This document shows, piece by piece, positions 15,196 to 15,510 of a DNA stretch of 15,510 nucleotides (its first letter is position 1; each line of letters begins with the position of its first letter). Under the pieces are notes generated by a model, which did no database searches, was not told where the DNA came from, and worked only from the letters and a program-made list of their open reading frames with translations. Source of the DNA: Myxococcales bacterium (GTDB taxonomy: Bacteria > Myxococcota > Myxococcia > Myxococcales > Anaeromyxobacteraceae); contig JBBQEB010000089.1 in NCBI GenBank assembly GCA_038320275.1, forward strand, positions 1 through 15,510, written 5' to 3'. Both the position numbers and the translations under genes were made by a program.

Positions 15196-15510
15196 TCACC
15201 CCTGCTTGGCCGCCAGCAGCGCGTTCACCTTGCCCATGATCTCGAAGGCGTCGCCGATGTAGACCACGTCGGCTTTTCCACGCGCCCAGCCGCAGTTCGC
15301 GTCCATGTTGATCGCCCGCCGTTCATTGATGAATCGCCAGCCGACCACGTGCGGTTCCTCGCCGTGGCCGCAGGTGGCGAGCCCCTTGGGATGGCGCGGC
15401 GTCGCCCCGGTCTGGCCGACCTGGTTCATGTGCGTCATGAACTTGAAGACCTCGTTCCCTTCGCCAGAGAGGTCTACCAGCGACTTGGACGACCCGAGGG
15501 ACGCCTTGGC
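15196..15510 (-). CDS. Electron transfer flavoprotein alpha (EtfA/FixB)-like protein, C-terminal part, divergent
   Basis: The frame is open from the window edge: ...SLGSSKSLVD...NQVGQTGATPRHP...RAINMDANC...KADVVYIGDAFEI. QVGQTG, AIN-D and AD-x4-GD-FE are EtfA FAD-domain motifs. Confidence 0.75.
   Translation of the reverse strand, partial: AKASLGSSKSLVDLSGEGNEVFKFMTHMNQVGQTGATPRHPKGLATCGHGEEPHVVGWRFINERRAINMDANCGWARGKADVVYIGDAFEIMGKVNALLAAKQG

Noticed and set aside
685..15510. Selenoprotein UGA read-through near selC
   Set aside because: The TGA stops fall at expected protein ends, none aligns with a catalytic Cys position, and no convincing SECIS was seen.

Overview
This is a high-GC bacterial chromosomal segment. 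Gene content and codon style suggest Myxococcota (Anaeromyxobacter-like), which is an inference. From left to right: the 5' part of alr (minus), a divergent Zn-ribbon/Tudor-like hypothetical, and a coupled minus-strand operon of two M16 peptidase subunits plus an RluA-family pseudouridine synthase. Next come an XRE regulator, a small double-CxxC ORF, a cN-II-type (HAD-IG) 5'-nucleotidase and an AGMO-like membrane hydroxylase. The middle holds tRNA-Sec (selC) followed by a HigBA-order toxin-antitoxin pair, two tandem hemerythrins (the second with a His-to-Gln ligand change) and a poly-HAMP membrane chemoreceptor. The right end has a uracil permease, a soluble CdaR-sensor/MCP fusion and the 3' end of an atypical ETF-alpha-like gene. 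I found no integrase, transposase or CRISPR array, and no complete novel system can be established from sequence alone. The best leads are the CdaR-domain chemoreceptor with its uraA/ETF neighbours, the Zn-ribbon/Tudor protein, the AGMO-like enzyme, the hemerythrin pair and the tRNA-Sec irregularities.
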